From the NCBI GenBank assembly GCA_008690995.1, contig VRMN01000006.1, forward strand, positions 186,001 to 250,000: a stretch of 64,000 nt of DNA, written 5' to 3'. This document shows positions 53,401 to 64,000 of this stretch, piece by piece. A program made the position numbers and the translations under genes. This DNA is from Porphyridium purpureum (Eukaryota). Every line of letters begins with the position of its first letter. Within the stretch, counting starts at the first letter, position 1. Below the pieces are notes generated by a model. That model was given only the letters and a program-made list of their open reading frames with translations, was not told the DNA's origin and ran no database searches.

Positions 53401-55968
53401 TTAAAGAGTTTTAAGCTCCTCAAGGTCAATGGCCTCAAAGATTGATCCACGCCGCTGCGCGAAAATGAGACGCTTGCTGGCGTCTATGTACACAGGCTTG
53501 CTCGCGAACAGGTACACAGTGTTCCCATTCACATTCCTTCCACTGGGTACCATCTCGACCCCAAGCTTCTCCGCATACTTCTGAACAAGCTCACGCAGCG
53601 TCAGCGAATCATCGTTCGCGGCACTTGCCATCCTCTTCGACGCTGTCGGCTGATTTTTTCGCACTGATCCAAGTCCCGACTGCGCGCGCGCCGGTTCCTT
53701 CCACAGTGAGAGACGGTGATGCAAAAAGGAAGCCGCGCCCCACTCGCTTGCACCGGCCGCAATGTGCTCTCCGAGCGCCATGTTGATCATATCAAGACCT
53801 GCCAGAAAGCCGACCTTGATTGCATCGGTCTCTCGCAGTGCACTGGGTATTCTTTTCCTCCATTCGCTGTGCCAGGCTGAACTCGCCGCCAGATCCACAT
53901 CTGGGGCCTTGATCTTTCCCAGAAGCACGTGCAGCCAGACTGGCACAAAGGTGTCTAACAAAACATCACTGAGCGTATTGGTGGGAATCAAGCCGTCCCA
54001 TGCCTGCAGCACATTCAGTTCCTTGGCGCATGTTTCAAAAATAGCTGCGTCGACGCGTTTCTGGAGGTGCAACAGTAGCTTTGGAACGATGGCCTTGTCC
54101 ACAAAAGATCTCCACGAGTGCTTTTCCACGACGGCCTGCCACGGCTTCAGAATTCGAAGGAGAGACAGGTCGAACGGGCGCCACAACACAAGTATCGGGC
54201 TAATCCTGAGGCAGAATGGTTCAAATAGAGGCCGGATGTTTCGCTTTCCGAGCAACGGAAGCCACACGAACAACCACGCGTGCACCGGTACCTGATCTGC
54301 CATCGGATCCCACGACAAAATTTCCGCCTGCAGACGGGGAACCACAAGGTCCTTGGCAAGTACCTCCATGAACTCATCCGGCATTGCCGGTTGAGTGGCT
54401 TGAAGTGCGCCGATTAGTACATCAGGCCTCCGTGGATCCCACGCACACGAAGGTGCAGATATATGGTCACGTATCGCCGGGAGAACCCCGCGCATGAAAA
54501 GTACCGCCGTGCTTCTGTCATTGGTACCACCAAAGAGCGAGCTCAGCTCTGCCATATCATAGGCGAATGATGCACGTGTCGTCCCGCCTACGCGATTTAA
54601 GACATCGCCAAGCGACCTTTTGACCTGCTGAATACTCAGCTCGAGGACGAGCTTGTCCAGATTATCACGACAGCTCATCAAATCATGTTTCGTATCGAGC
54701 TGACATGGTGTTTCCGGCAGCGACCGTACCAATCTCACTATTTCCGGAATGGTCAGTTGACTTGCTTGAAAGCTGCGCAACAGCGACAACAAGGACTCGA
54801 CGTACTCGAGATGAAGTTTCGTATTTTCGACCACCTGGTGGGTCTCCTTTGCTTTGATCTCGACACGGTTTTGCGTATTCAAAGCCGCATGAGCCGCTTG
54901 CGCGTGTTTTGCGTCCTCACGCTTATGCTTCTTGATGAGCTGGTCGACGTTTCTGAGAAGTTCGGAAAGGCCTTGTGACGATCGCGCCACATGCTTGCCA
55001 GCCTGCAACTCTTTCTCGGGCTTTTCGTCGTGCGCCACAGTCGGAAAAGTACGTGTGCCATGTGCGCGTTCTTGTGCGACTCGAGACGTAGACGGATGGC
55101 AGTCAGATTTACGCAACGTGTGCCCTGGGCGCATAGCACCTGCACTTCCTTCCCGGCTTTCGTGGCTGAATCGACAGCCAGACGCCTGTTTGATTGGCGA
55201 AGACTCAGGCGACGGTGCTATGTCGTCAGCAGAAATACCCATTTGCCGCGACCGGCGCGGATGAATGACTAACGGCTCCGCGATACCCTGTTCGTGCTTG
55301 CCGAGCCGCTCGTTGAAGCCCCACTTGTCCAGAATGCCGAGCGCTTTCACGGAGTACAAACCGGTTCTCTGCAATCTGGGCAGGGCGCCAGAGCGAATCG
55401 CGGCTCTGGCATGCGACCGTGGTTGCGCACTTTCAGTCGTCTTTTCTTCAGCAGGACTTCCGAACACCGGAGGCTCTTGGCCATGATCGACGTTTGGTTT
55501 CGCTACGGGTTCAGCGCCTGATGAAGATGACGAAACAGAGGACGACGACGTCGAGCCACGAGAGCTGCGTTCCTCTGACGACCTGTCCGGACCACCAACG
55601 TCCGGGATGGGCTGCACCATTCCTACGGACGTGAATTTGGACGGGCTCAGCTGGAATGCATATCCGTGGTGCACTGGCACATGAAGGTGGACGTCTTCGT
55701 CACTTTCGTCCGTCATTGCATGGAACCGCTTACGTGGCCTCGAATCGCCTGTATCGCCAGTTTCCTCATCATCAATCATCGCAAACCCGTCGCTCGATTG
55801 CACTTGCGACAGCTCGTTCCAGGCATCCATGCTCCCAGAGTCGCTGTCGTCTTCTGCCGAGTCATCGAAATATGGGTCAGCCTCGCTCCACTCGTCATCT
55901 TCCAAGTAGTCGCCCCCATCTAAAAACTCCTCGAACTTCTCCGGCTGCTGTGCTGGGCTCGGGTCCAT
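53401..55968 (-). CDS. TFIP11: Tuftelin-interacting protein 11 / Ntr1 (G-patch + GCFC) spliceosome disassembly factor
   Basis: G-patch GILDKWGFNERLGKHEQGIAEP, WDPMADQVPVHAWLFVWLPLL, LKPW..V..W..FVDKAIVPKL, and C-terminal LRELVQKYAE..P.GR...VYLF. Confidence 0.9.
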   Translation of the reverse strand: MDPSPAQQPEKFEEFLDGGDYLEDDEWSEADPYFDDSAEDDSDSGSMDAWNELSQVQSSDGFAMIDDEETGDTGDSRPRKRFHAMTDESDEDVHLHVPVHHGYAFQLSPSKFTSVGMVQPIPDVGGPDRSSEERSSRGSTSSSSVSSSSSGAEPVAKPNVDHGQEPPVFGSPAEEKTTESAQPRSHARAAIRSGALPRLQRTGLYSVKALGILDKWGFNERLGKHEQGIAEPLVIHPRRSRQMGISADDIAPSPESSPIKQASGCRFSHESREGSAGAMRPGHTLRKSDCHPSTSRVAQERAHGTRTFPTVAHDEKPEKELQAGKHVARSSQGLSELLRNVDQLIKKHKREDAKHAQAAHAALNTQNRVEIKAKETHQVVENTKLHLEYVESLLSLLRSFQASQLTIPEIVRLVRSLPETPCQLDTKHDLMSCRDNLDKLVLELSIQQVKRSLGDVLNRVGGTTRASFAYDMAELSSLFGGTNDRSTAVLFMRGVLPAIRDHISAPSCAWDPRRPDVLIGALQATQPAMPDEFMEVLAKDLVVPRLQAEILSWDPMADQVPVHAWLFVWLPLLGKRNIRPLFEPFCLRISPILVLWRPFDLSLLRILKPWQAVVEKHSWRSFVDKAIVPKLLLHLQKRVDAAIFETCAKELNVLQAWDGLIPTNTLSDVLLDTFVPVWLHVLLGKIKAPDVDLAASSAWHSEWRKRIPSALRETDAIKVGFLAGLDMINMALGEHIAAGASEWGAASFLHHRLSLWKEPARAQSGLGSVRKNQPTASKRMASAANDDSLTLRELVQKYAEKLGVEMVPSGRNVNGNTVYLFASKPVYIDASKRLIFAQRRGSIFEAIDLEELKTL

Positions 55969-56203
55969 CGCCTGTCTGCTCTCCGCCAACTGCAAAAGTC
56001 GGTCTCGCGCTTTAGGCACCGGCCATCATGGCCAAAAGTTTCTACGGACACTAGCTTAGCGCCTTGAGGAAAGGTTTGACCAGTGCTGGGCCGCGTTTTC
56101 AAGTCTTAGACAATAGTTTCCTCGTCGGCCGGCGACTGCTGGCTCGTGCGCGGGCGCTTGCGTCGACCGGAACGAACGTCCGCAGGTCGCGGCGCGCGGC
56201 ACG

Positions 56204-56578
56204 ATGAGGACCGGTGAAGTGGACTTGTCCGTGGTGCCGCTGGAATTTAACAGGACAAAGCTGCGCGCGTGCCTTTCCTGCTCGTTGGTCAAGACAGCGA
56301 CGCAGTTCTTTCGCGACGGGTGCGATAACTGCGAACGCTTTGCTGCCATGAAGGGTGATGAAGAGCGCGTGGAGGAGGCCACCACGCCGGCGTTCCTTGG
56401 TGTTTACGCGCTGATGAACCCAAAGGAGAGTTGGGTGTCAAAGTATCAGAATGTGAGGACATTCGTGCCGGGCTGCTACGCCATTTCCATGGACGCGGAG
56501 CTCCCTGCGTACTTGGAGGAAGTATATCGGGAAAATGGCGGCCGCGTAAAGCAAATCCGCGCCACGAATCTTGCTTAA
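56204..56578 (+). CDS. SPT4: Transcription elongation factor Spt4
   Basis: LRACLSCSLVKT..QF..DGCDNC, F.G..ALMNPKESWVSKYQ and PGCYAI. Confidence 0.96.
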   Translation: MRTGEVDLSVVPLEFNRTKLRACLSCSLVKTATQFFRDGCDNCERFAAMKGDEERVEEATTPAFLGVYALMNPKESWVSKYQNVRTFVPGCYAISMDAELPAYLEEVYRENGGRVKQIRATNLA

Positions 56579-56968
56579 GCGTCTGCATCATGGATTTCAA
56601 ACAGGCGAGAGACGGGACAGTCCAGTCTGCGTGCGCGATGGATCTTACCGGAAGGAATGTCCGTGTAGTTGCGTCGTTCGTGTTGTTCTAGACCAGAAGC
56701 CATATCAAATCGTAAAATGTGCACTTGACCAAACCATCTCCATTTGCCAGCAAACACTGGTTCCGTTCAGACAAGGTAAGGTGTTGGCCGTGACTCGACA
56801 CGAGAACAGGCGGTCAGTTCATAGAGATACCTTTATTTCAATGACCCTGTCACGTACGCTCGGAACCCAGAGCATGATTAACCGGACGCCCCCGTCCGTG
56901 TTCGCACAAACGCGCCACTAGTCACTCGCCCCTCACGCGCGCACGAACTGACAGAGCCGGCAACCAGT

Positions 56969-57421
<453 letters not shown>

Positions 57422-58216
57422 CTATCCACTCAACCTTCACGCCGTCTCCACACCTGCAACTACCTCCCCACCCGCCTTACTAACCTTCCTCACCAATTCT
57501 GTAAAGGCTTTCTGATTCTCATATACAAACGAGTGCTCTTTCCTATGAACGCCGTGCTTCATCGTCCCCACGCCGTCGTCCGCGGTACACCCCACGAACC
57601 CCTAAGCGCTGCAAGGCGCGTGCCCGCACCGTACCGCAGGCACCAACCCTCGTTCTAACCCGACGACGCAGTCAGATCCCGGGTGTTCCTGCGCCCTGCA
57701 GCACGAGCTGCCGGACTGTACTTTGGCCGCACTTTGAACTTGTGCTGCTGCTTGCTTTTGGCGCGGGGGGGAAGCAGGCACGAAACCGCTGAGTTTATTT
57801 TTAGAATGTTTGGAACGTGCGCTGGTTTTGTATGGATTTGGGCTGACGCTGTGGTTTTTTGGATGAGCGGATCAGTGTCATAGAAGACGCGATGAATTTG
57901 ATTTGTGGAGAGAGCAAAGAGACTAAAGAAAGACTAGAGAAAGACTGGAGAAAGGCTAGAGACTAGACAGAGACCAGAGAGAGAGAGAGAGAAAAGGTGC
58001 AGCCGGTGGTGGTGTGATGGTGGATGGTGTGGGGCGTAGTGTTGGACGCGGGAGGTACGTTGAAGCGTGTACGCAGAGCACAAGAGCAGAGCATACGTGT
58101 GGGGAAGGAGGGGGGGAAGGGGAGCGGGTGGGAATGTGGAGGGGACTGTTGGGGTAGGGGGGGAGGCGCCGCAGAGCTGTATGCGGCGGGGGGACGGTGG
58201 ATGCATAGAGGGCGCG

Positions 58217-61200
58217 ATGAAGAGCATCATGAAGCGCATGGGCGGCGGCAAGAGCGACGCCAGGAGCGACGCGAGCAGGAGCGACGCGGGCTCGTCGCAG
58301 GAGGTGGCGAGTGGCACGTGGCTGCGAGGGTACAGAATACGCAGGGAGACGAGTAAGAGTGCCCGGCAGGCAACAGCGGAAGCACGGGCGGCTGCCGCGG
58401 CTCTGGCCGCGCAGGCTGGTGGCGGCAGCGCGCCGGGCTCGGCGCCGCCGGTCGGCGACGCGATCGTCAGTCCCCGCGCGATCGCGAGTCCGCGCGCAGA
58501 GCAGAGTCTGGGTCTGGGAGAGCTCGTGGAAGACGCGGGTGCAGGAGATACCTTGCTGGCACGCGCCGCGCCTCCTGCGTCAGACGCGGCGCAAAATGGC
58601 ACGGAGACCAATCACGTAGCTGCATCACCACTTGTCCCGGTGAACGGCGCGGTCCTTGCGGAAAATGTATCTTTGTTTGCGCCCCATGAAATTTCTCCGT
58701 CAGGAGCAGAGAAAATTCTGCCATCAAAAGATGGCACAAGTGCTTCTGCGCGCAGCGTGGAAGCCGGCGCCTTGGCGCACAGCACCAAGGACGCTGATTC
58801 AAAGATCCAGACCGAAACGCTAGAGCCGCAAAACAGTGGTGATCAGCAGACGCAAACCACATCAGTGTCGAGTGCCGTAGAAGCTAGTGGCTCCGGCCTG
58901 CCCGTGAATTCCGAAGAGAGGCCTGTAGAACTATTCTCTTTCTTAGACAAGGTGAATGCAGAACTTTCTGTGCCATCTTCAGAAGTGGTGGATTTGGATC
59001 AGTCCGCTCCCCAGCCGGAACAGGTGGGCTTGGATATGTCTGCTTCCGGGACGGACAAGGTCGATGTCGATCTGTCCCGCTCTGTCAGTGGAAACGTGGG
59101 CGTAGATCTATCCTCCTCTGCGACCGGAAATATTAACGCCGACCTGCAGTCCTCGGGGACCGAAAAGCTTGTCTCAGTTCCTCTTTCAAAGCCAACGGAT
59201 ATAGATGAACCGACACCGCAGCGTGACAACGAAGACTTGGTCAAAGTTGCATCTGGTGCTGAGCCCGCAGTTTTTTTCGGAGAAGAAATTCACACTTTGT
59301 CACCAGCAGAAGAAGCCATGCTTACAACCTTGCCGGGTGAACATATCGCGGTCGACGGAGAAGAAAAAGAACTCGTGCCAGACGTCGAGGGTAAGGTGGC
59401 AGAGCCATGCGGGGAGCAAGGCGGCGAGCAAGACGGCGAGCAGCAACATGATACGAAAGAGAAAGATATGGCAAGGGAATCACAAACCGAGTCACCACAT
59501 GTGACAGTGGCCTCAAACACAGCATCGGAGTTCGTGGATGATGTAGTGAAGCCAGACACGGGAGCGACGTTCTTATCTCTTGATAGTCTCAGTATGGCCT
59601 TGGACAGTGGCCTGAGCAAGTCAGCGGGAGAGCAAAGTGAGTCGCAGGCACAACGCCAGTTGCCTGGTGTGTCGCAGAAGAAAGCAACGGAAGCGAATTG
59701 CACCCAGACTGAGCCGGATACGACAAAGCCAGCCGAACCGTCGCAAGAAGTCGTAGGCGTTGCTGATGTTGCACGTGACAATGGGCAAGCGGACGGAGTA
59801 CCAGCCCTGGCGGCGGCAGAAAATGGCGCACGAGATATTGGGGATACGCAAAGATCGCAGGACAACGAGCTGCCGAATCTTTTGGTTGTGATGGGAACTG
59901 CAAGTGCTGCCGCGACGGTCGCGGAAGAGACAGCGAACTCAGGCGCTCCGAATTCGTCTGTAAATGTTGATGCAACGCGCGCCAACGGCAAGGTGGCAAT
60001 CGAAAGAGCTGATGAAGAGCCGCGGCGTTCGTTCGAGCAGACCGGAACCCCCACTCAGTCGGATGGTATATTTGTGCAAATCACAAGACGCGCCAAGTCG
60101 TTTGGGACGTTGCTGACCAAATCCGAGTCAATAGATCCGAATGGAACAACCCCTGGGCGCCGAGGTATGATGGGCGGTCTGCTTCATCGCGACGGTAGCA
60201 GTAGGAGTGACGTCTCTGGGGACACCAATGGCACAGACATCGCGGAGAATCGGAGCAAGAGCAGTCGTAACAACAGCGACAAAGATATGGAAGCAGCGTC
60301 CATGGGGAGGGCCGCCAGCGCGTTCACGGAAATGAAATCACGTACTTTCTTAATCACTGAGCCGCGGAGTACGAGTGAGGCTGCAAAATACCCGGCGCTT
60401 GATCAGCTGACTCCGGTTCCGCTGAAGCCGGCGGCAATGGGTGAGCGGGAAGTTTCGGTCAAAAACCACATCACACAGCTTCCGGTCATGGTTCCCAAAC
60501 CGCTTGGACGCAATTGGTCATCGGATCTAGTAGCCCTGCTGCACAATGGCATTCTGAGCGAAGTGATTGACCTGTACAGCATCCTCGAGTCGATGCGACT
60601 GCGCAGACTCGACTTGACGGTGAGGGATGTCTCGTCGTTCTTCGAGTGGTGGTGGGTTTTCAAGCGCTTTGTTTTGCAGATGATGATCACGGAGGAGGAC
60701 GTGATCTTCCGCTTCATCGAGTCTCGGGCTAACCTGCCGCCGGGCCTCTCGGAGAGTGTTCGAGAGAAACAGCGCGTCAACATCTTAGACCAGATGTCAA
60801 ACATCGACGAAAAGGGCGACTCCTTTCTGTCGGGTATGATGGTTTACGATGAGACGGAACTTCTTGACGAAAGCGAAGGGGTGGGAAAGGCGGTACTGAA
60901 TTACATGAACGTTATTGACCGTTCGGTGCCTGGATTCATGCGCCGCACTATAGAAGAGGACGCCAAAGTCACAACGCGTTTGCGGCACGAGATTGTGCAT
61001 AATATGATGAAGGCGCCTACACAAGAGAGCGTATTCATGATCCAGCGCGGGAGTAATCTTGAAAGACAGTCCGAATGGCTCCGCGAACACGTGAAGCCGG
61101 TGAACCGCATGCTACTCATGTCCCGCCGCAAAAAGTATCTGCAGCATCGTGCTATCGTGAAGGGATTCACGACTCGGCAAGCAGAGTATCAGCTTCAGTG

Positions 61201-61291
61201 GGGTCATTCAGGCTTGGGTGTGTCTCGCAGCAACACCCAAAACACGGATTCGATGCATGAGCGCGACTTCATCAGCAAGCAAACCCAGTGA
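58217..61291 (+). CDS. Large protein: disordered acidic N-terminus plus C-terminal hemerythrin-like helical domain
   Basis: Long ORF whose C-terminus (WSSDLVALLHNGILSEVIDLY..FFEWW..F..TEEDVIF) resembles an HHE/hemerythrin helix pattern; family assignment is tentative. Confidence 0.7.
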   Translation: MKSIMKRMGGGKSDARSDASRSDAGSSQEVASGTWLRGYRIRRETSKSARQATAEARAAAAALAAQAGGGSAPGSAPPVGDAIVSPRAIASPRAEQSLGLGELVEDAGAGDTLLARAAPPASDAAQNGTETNHVAASPLVPVNGAVLAENVSLFAPHEISPSGAEKILPSKDGTSASARSVEAGALAHSTKDADSKIQTETLEPQNSGDQQTQTTSVSSAVEASGSGLPVNSEERPVELFSFLDKVNAELSVPSSEVVDLDQSAPQPEQVGLDMSASGTDKVDVDLSRSVSGNVGVDLSSSATGNINADLQSSGTEKLVSVPLSKPTDIDEPTPQRDNEDLVKVASGAEPAVFFGEEIHTLSPAEEAMLTTLPGEHIAVDGEEKELVPDVEGKVAEPCGEQGGEQDGEQQHDTKEKDMARESQTESPHVTVASNTASEFVDDVVKPDTGATFLSLDSLSMALDSGLSKSAGEQSESQAQRQLPGVSQKKATEANCTQTEPDTTKPAEPSQEVVGVADVARDNGQADGVPALAAAENGARDIGDTQRSQDNELPNLLVVMGTASAAATVAEETANSGAPNSSVNVDATRANGKVAIERADEEPRRSFEQTGTPTQSDGIFVQITRRAKSFGTLLTKSESIDPNGTTPGRRGMMGGLLHRDGSSRSDVSGDTNGTDIAENRSKSSRNNSDKDMEAASMGRAASAFTEMKSRTFLITEPRSTSEAAKYPALDQLTPVPLKPAAMGEREVSVKNHITQLPVMVPKPLGRNWSSDLVALLHNGILSEVIDLYSILESMRLRRLDLTVRDVSSFFEWWWVFKRFVLQMMITEEDVIFRFIESRANLPPGLSESVREKQRVNILDQMSNIDEKGDSFLSGMMVYDETELLDESEGVGKAVLNYMNVIDRSVPGFMRRTIEEDAKVTTRLRHEIVHNMMKAPTQESVFMIQRGSNLERQSEWLREHVKPVNRMLLMSRRKKYLQHRAIVKGFTTRQAEYQLQWGHSGLGVSRSNTQNTDSMHERDFISKQTQ

Positions 61292-61299
61292 TACGACTT

Positions 61300-64000
61300 C
61301 CAACGCCGCTAGACTGAGTTGGCCAAGACGTCTCGCATCGTGCCTGGTCTCATTGAATTCCGAGACAATCGGCATCTGCTACAGATGATGAACTTTTCGT
61401 TCAGCAGAAAAATCAAACTTTCTCCCCTCGAGCGCGAAGAATTGCAGCGGCTTCCGCGCTGAGTTTTCCCTTTGAGTTCCCTGTGATGATGAGGGTTCAA
61501 TACTTGCCCAAAACCCATGGTTGGGTACTTCCATGCAGACCTTTCGCCGGTCCATCAAAGGCGCAGTAGCATCAGAGACTCGATGCTGTTCTTCCAGATG
61601 CCCTCTTTGCGCATCGAGCGCATGATTCGGAGAGTATACTTTGCGTTGGGTCTTTAGCTTGATTGACTGGTTGCCCACTTGCCACTGTTGCGTCATGAAG
61701 TATCTTGAACAAAGCAGCTGTCTGCCAAGCGGCGCACTCGGCCGCAAACGGTCTCATGTTCGTCTTTGCCGCTTCGGAGCTCTTGTGCTCCGTTTGGAAT
61801 GGGCCTGACGATTAGGCCAGTTGCCGAAGACGCTCTGTTTCCCACCTGCTATGATTTAACACGGTCTGAGAATTTCAAGCTGGGTGTCGTGTTGTTAATA
61901 AGAACTCGCTCACAGGAGACCAAGACGGTTGGAAAGAAGGCCTTCTTTCTCTCGCTTTTCCGTGCCGCAGCATCGCTCGCGCGCCATCAGTCCGTGGCTC
62001 GCTTGCGCGTGGCGGCGTGCAGATGCGACACTGTGATAATCGCGGGAACTTGAATCGATTTCTCGAATTGATCGCGCAAGCAGAACAAAGGTCCGCGACT
62101 CCTTGTGTCTGGTATGTAGAGTGTGTCCGAGCACCATTATAAGCGAGATGCTTGCCTGCTCCGGCGGCGAGTCTGCTACGACCAGCTCTGCTAAGACCAG
62201 CTCTGCAACGACCAGCTCTGCAACGACCAGCTCTGCAAATGAACATGAAGCAGTCTTCTCAGAGCCTGCTGTATCCAGTGCAAGCGAAAATAATATTCAT
62301 AAAAAAATATAGAGATCCATGATGGCTTTACCATCGCGCGTTTCACATTCAGACACAGCAAGCTTTGGCTCGAGTACAGAAAGTGCCTGGTTCCGCAAAA
62401 CTGGTCCCCGTAGTGACCTTTTCAGGGCGCTTCGGTCTGAAGACATCAAAACGGCGCGTGTGGCGGATGCGAGACATTTGGATCCAAGCCGTTCCGCAAG
62501 TGGCGCTCGGAGGTCTATTAATTTGCCTTCGTCCTTGTAGCCGGCTCTCCACAATGTCAACTACACACATGGGTATCAGAATTTGATTCTTGTGCTCTTC
62601 GTGCGCAACCATGTAGTCGAGCGGGGTTTTCGACGTGGACGTCGACTGATTCGCTCTGCGTGATCGTAGCTCGAATCCTGCCTTCATCATTGCCACTGGG
62701 ACAACGTGCAGTGGACTGAAGCATGCAGAATTTCACAGCATGGCTGTCGCAGCACGATGAAGCAGACTGCGAAAGGCCTCTGCATGGGACTATGATCGTG
62801 ATGAGCTCGTACACTCACGGCACCGCAAAATCATGCACATGATCCTGACGGTCGCGTCGGACTTGGCCGCCCAATGGGCTTTGGCCCCTTGCTGCGACGA
62901 AGAAAAGCTTCTTGTCGATGATTCTTGGCCTTCATGAGAAGGTCAATGCTTCAAAATACAAGGCAGTCATCCAGTCTGGCCGAAATCTGCACGTGCAATC
63001 CTCTCTCCGCACGAGTCTCTGCAAACTTCTCTCGCCGCGGGCGAGAAGATAACACGTGATTCTCACCGCACTGGCCGTGGCGTGTTCAGAATGTTCTGCA
63101 GATGTGTTGAACACTTCCTGCAAACCAAGATGAATGGATTCGTGCCTCTTCGTTTTGAAGCAAGGCGTCAAGACTCCAGAACGCCTCGGAAAGAATACTG
63201 CTTCGTGCAGTGACGCGGGCAGTGACACGAGGAGGAGAAGAATAATACGTGCTTGAGCTCCTCCGGGATTCGGATTCTCATTACCAAGCCTGGGCAGCAT
63301 GTCGTTCGATTTGACACCATGGAAGAAGCTCAAGTTGTAGTCGCATGAACAGGCACCCACGAGACTGTGTGGTGAGTCCAAAGCTCACGAAAGGTCAGTG
63401 ATAACATGAAGCGCAGAGTTCCTGGGCGACAGGCACACTGGCGGATCAATGTCGGCAAATCAAAAACGCTTCGGCTTCAGCAAAACAGCAAATGCTTCGT
63501 ACTGGCGGGTAATTGGACACCTTTCATCCGCAGTGGAGCCTTCATCATCCTGTTCAAACGGGCTTTGGCTATCAAAGCACTTCATCTACCGATCTTTACC
63601 ATGATGCGCGAAGTCGCGTACGGGGAGCTGCTGATCCTTGTGTTCGTATATTTCAGCGCCGGGCTTTGCTATATCATCGTCCTCCACAACAGTGCTTAAT
63701 TCCACCTCTCTACACTCAAGACAGACTTCATTCTACCGGTCACAACTTTCCGCACCACCCGTCTCCGTGAAAGTGGCAACTGCAAGAGTCGCGTCAAATG
63801 CCTCTGACCTGGCACTCCCGCAAGCAGGATATCATTACCCTCCAGAGTCTCAAAGCTCAATCCTTCGACTCTGCAGTTGTGGTTCAGCAGTAAGATTATT
63901 GCGGGGCTTTCTGGTTTTCTACATTCCGGGGACCCAAGACTGCGCGCGTGATGCTTATGCTCCCATAGGCGGGCGGCACGGGATTTCTCCCGTACCGAGC
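61300..64000 (-). pseudogene. Possible decayed minus-strand gene or element
   Basis: A protein-like acidic frame (EVELSTVVEDDDIAKPGAEIYEHKD..KDR*MKCFDSQSPFEQDDEG) is broken by an in-frame TAG at 63586..63588; only fragmentary ORFs over 2.7 kb. Confidence 0.3.
62178..62237. repeat. 15-bp tandem repeat x4 (ACGACCAGCTCTGCW)
   Basis: acgaccagctctgct / aagaccagctctgca / acgaccagctctgca / acgaccagctctgca. Confidence 0.95.

Noticed and set aside
62178..62237. 15-bp repeats as a CRISPR array
   Set aside because: The units are contiguous with no spacers, there are no cas genes, and the context is eukaryotic.
63406..63699. Plus-strand ORF with faint likeness to a copia RNase H end (KALHLPIF)
   Set aside because: No other RT/RNase H motifs, and the opposite strand looks more protein-like.

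Overview
This is a compact, intron-poor, GC-rich eukaryotic nuclear region. It is inferred to be red algal (Porphyridium-like) from the plastid transit peptides with an F near the N-terminus, nuclear chlD/NiR/UPM1 and tight gene packing. About 28 protein-coding genes can be supported. They include three tandem FkbM/Methyltransf_22-type membrane-anchored methyltransferases, TFIIIC-Tau95, AP-3 mu, a Neo1/ATP9 flippase, MscS, ChlD, a tandem-C2 (copine-like) protein, an inverted duplicated pair of Cys-rich zinc-finger genes and DUF1990. Further along are a head-to-head UPM1 (siroheme) / nitrite reductase pair, eIF3k, a tail-to-tail CNNM / MRS2 Mg-transporter pair, a SIZ/PIAS SUMO ligase, Nup93, D-lactate dehydrogenase, a Cys-type SelK, TFIP11, Spt4, Ub-L40 and a hemerythrin-like protein. 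Two gene-poor tracts look decayed. The best candidate for an undescribed system is a near full-length ferredoxin-sulfite-reductase homolog (1337..3911, minus). It has lost the siroheme/[4Fe-4S] cysteine motifs and the catalytic Arg/Lys motifs but keeps a likely plastid transit peptide and a C-terminal ribbon-helix-helix, so it may be a pseudoenzyme repurposed as a plastid nucleoid DNA-binding protein. All identifications come from recognising motifs by eye; no database searches were run.
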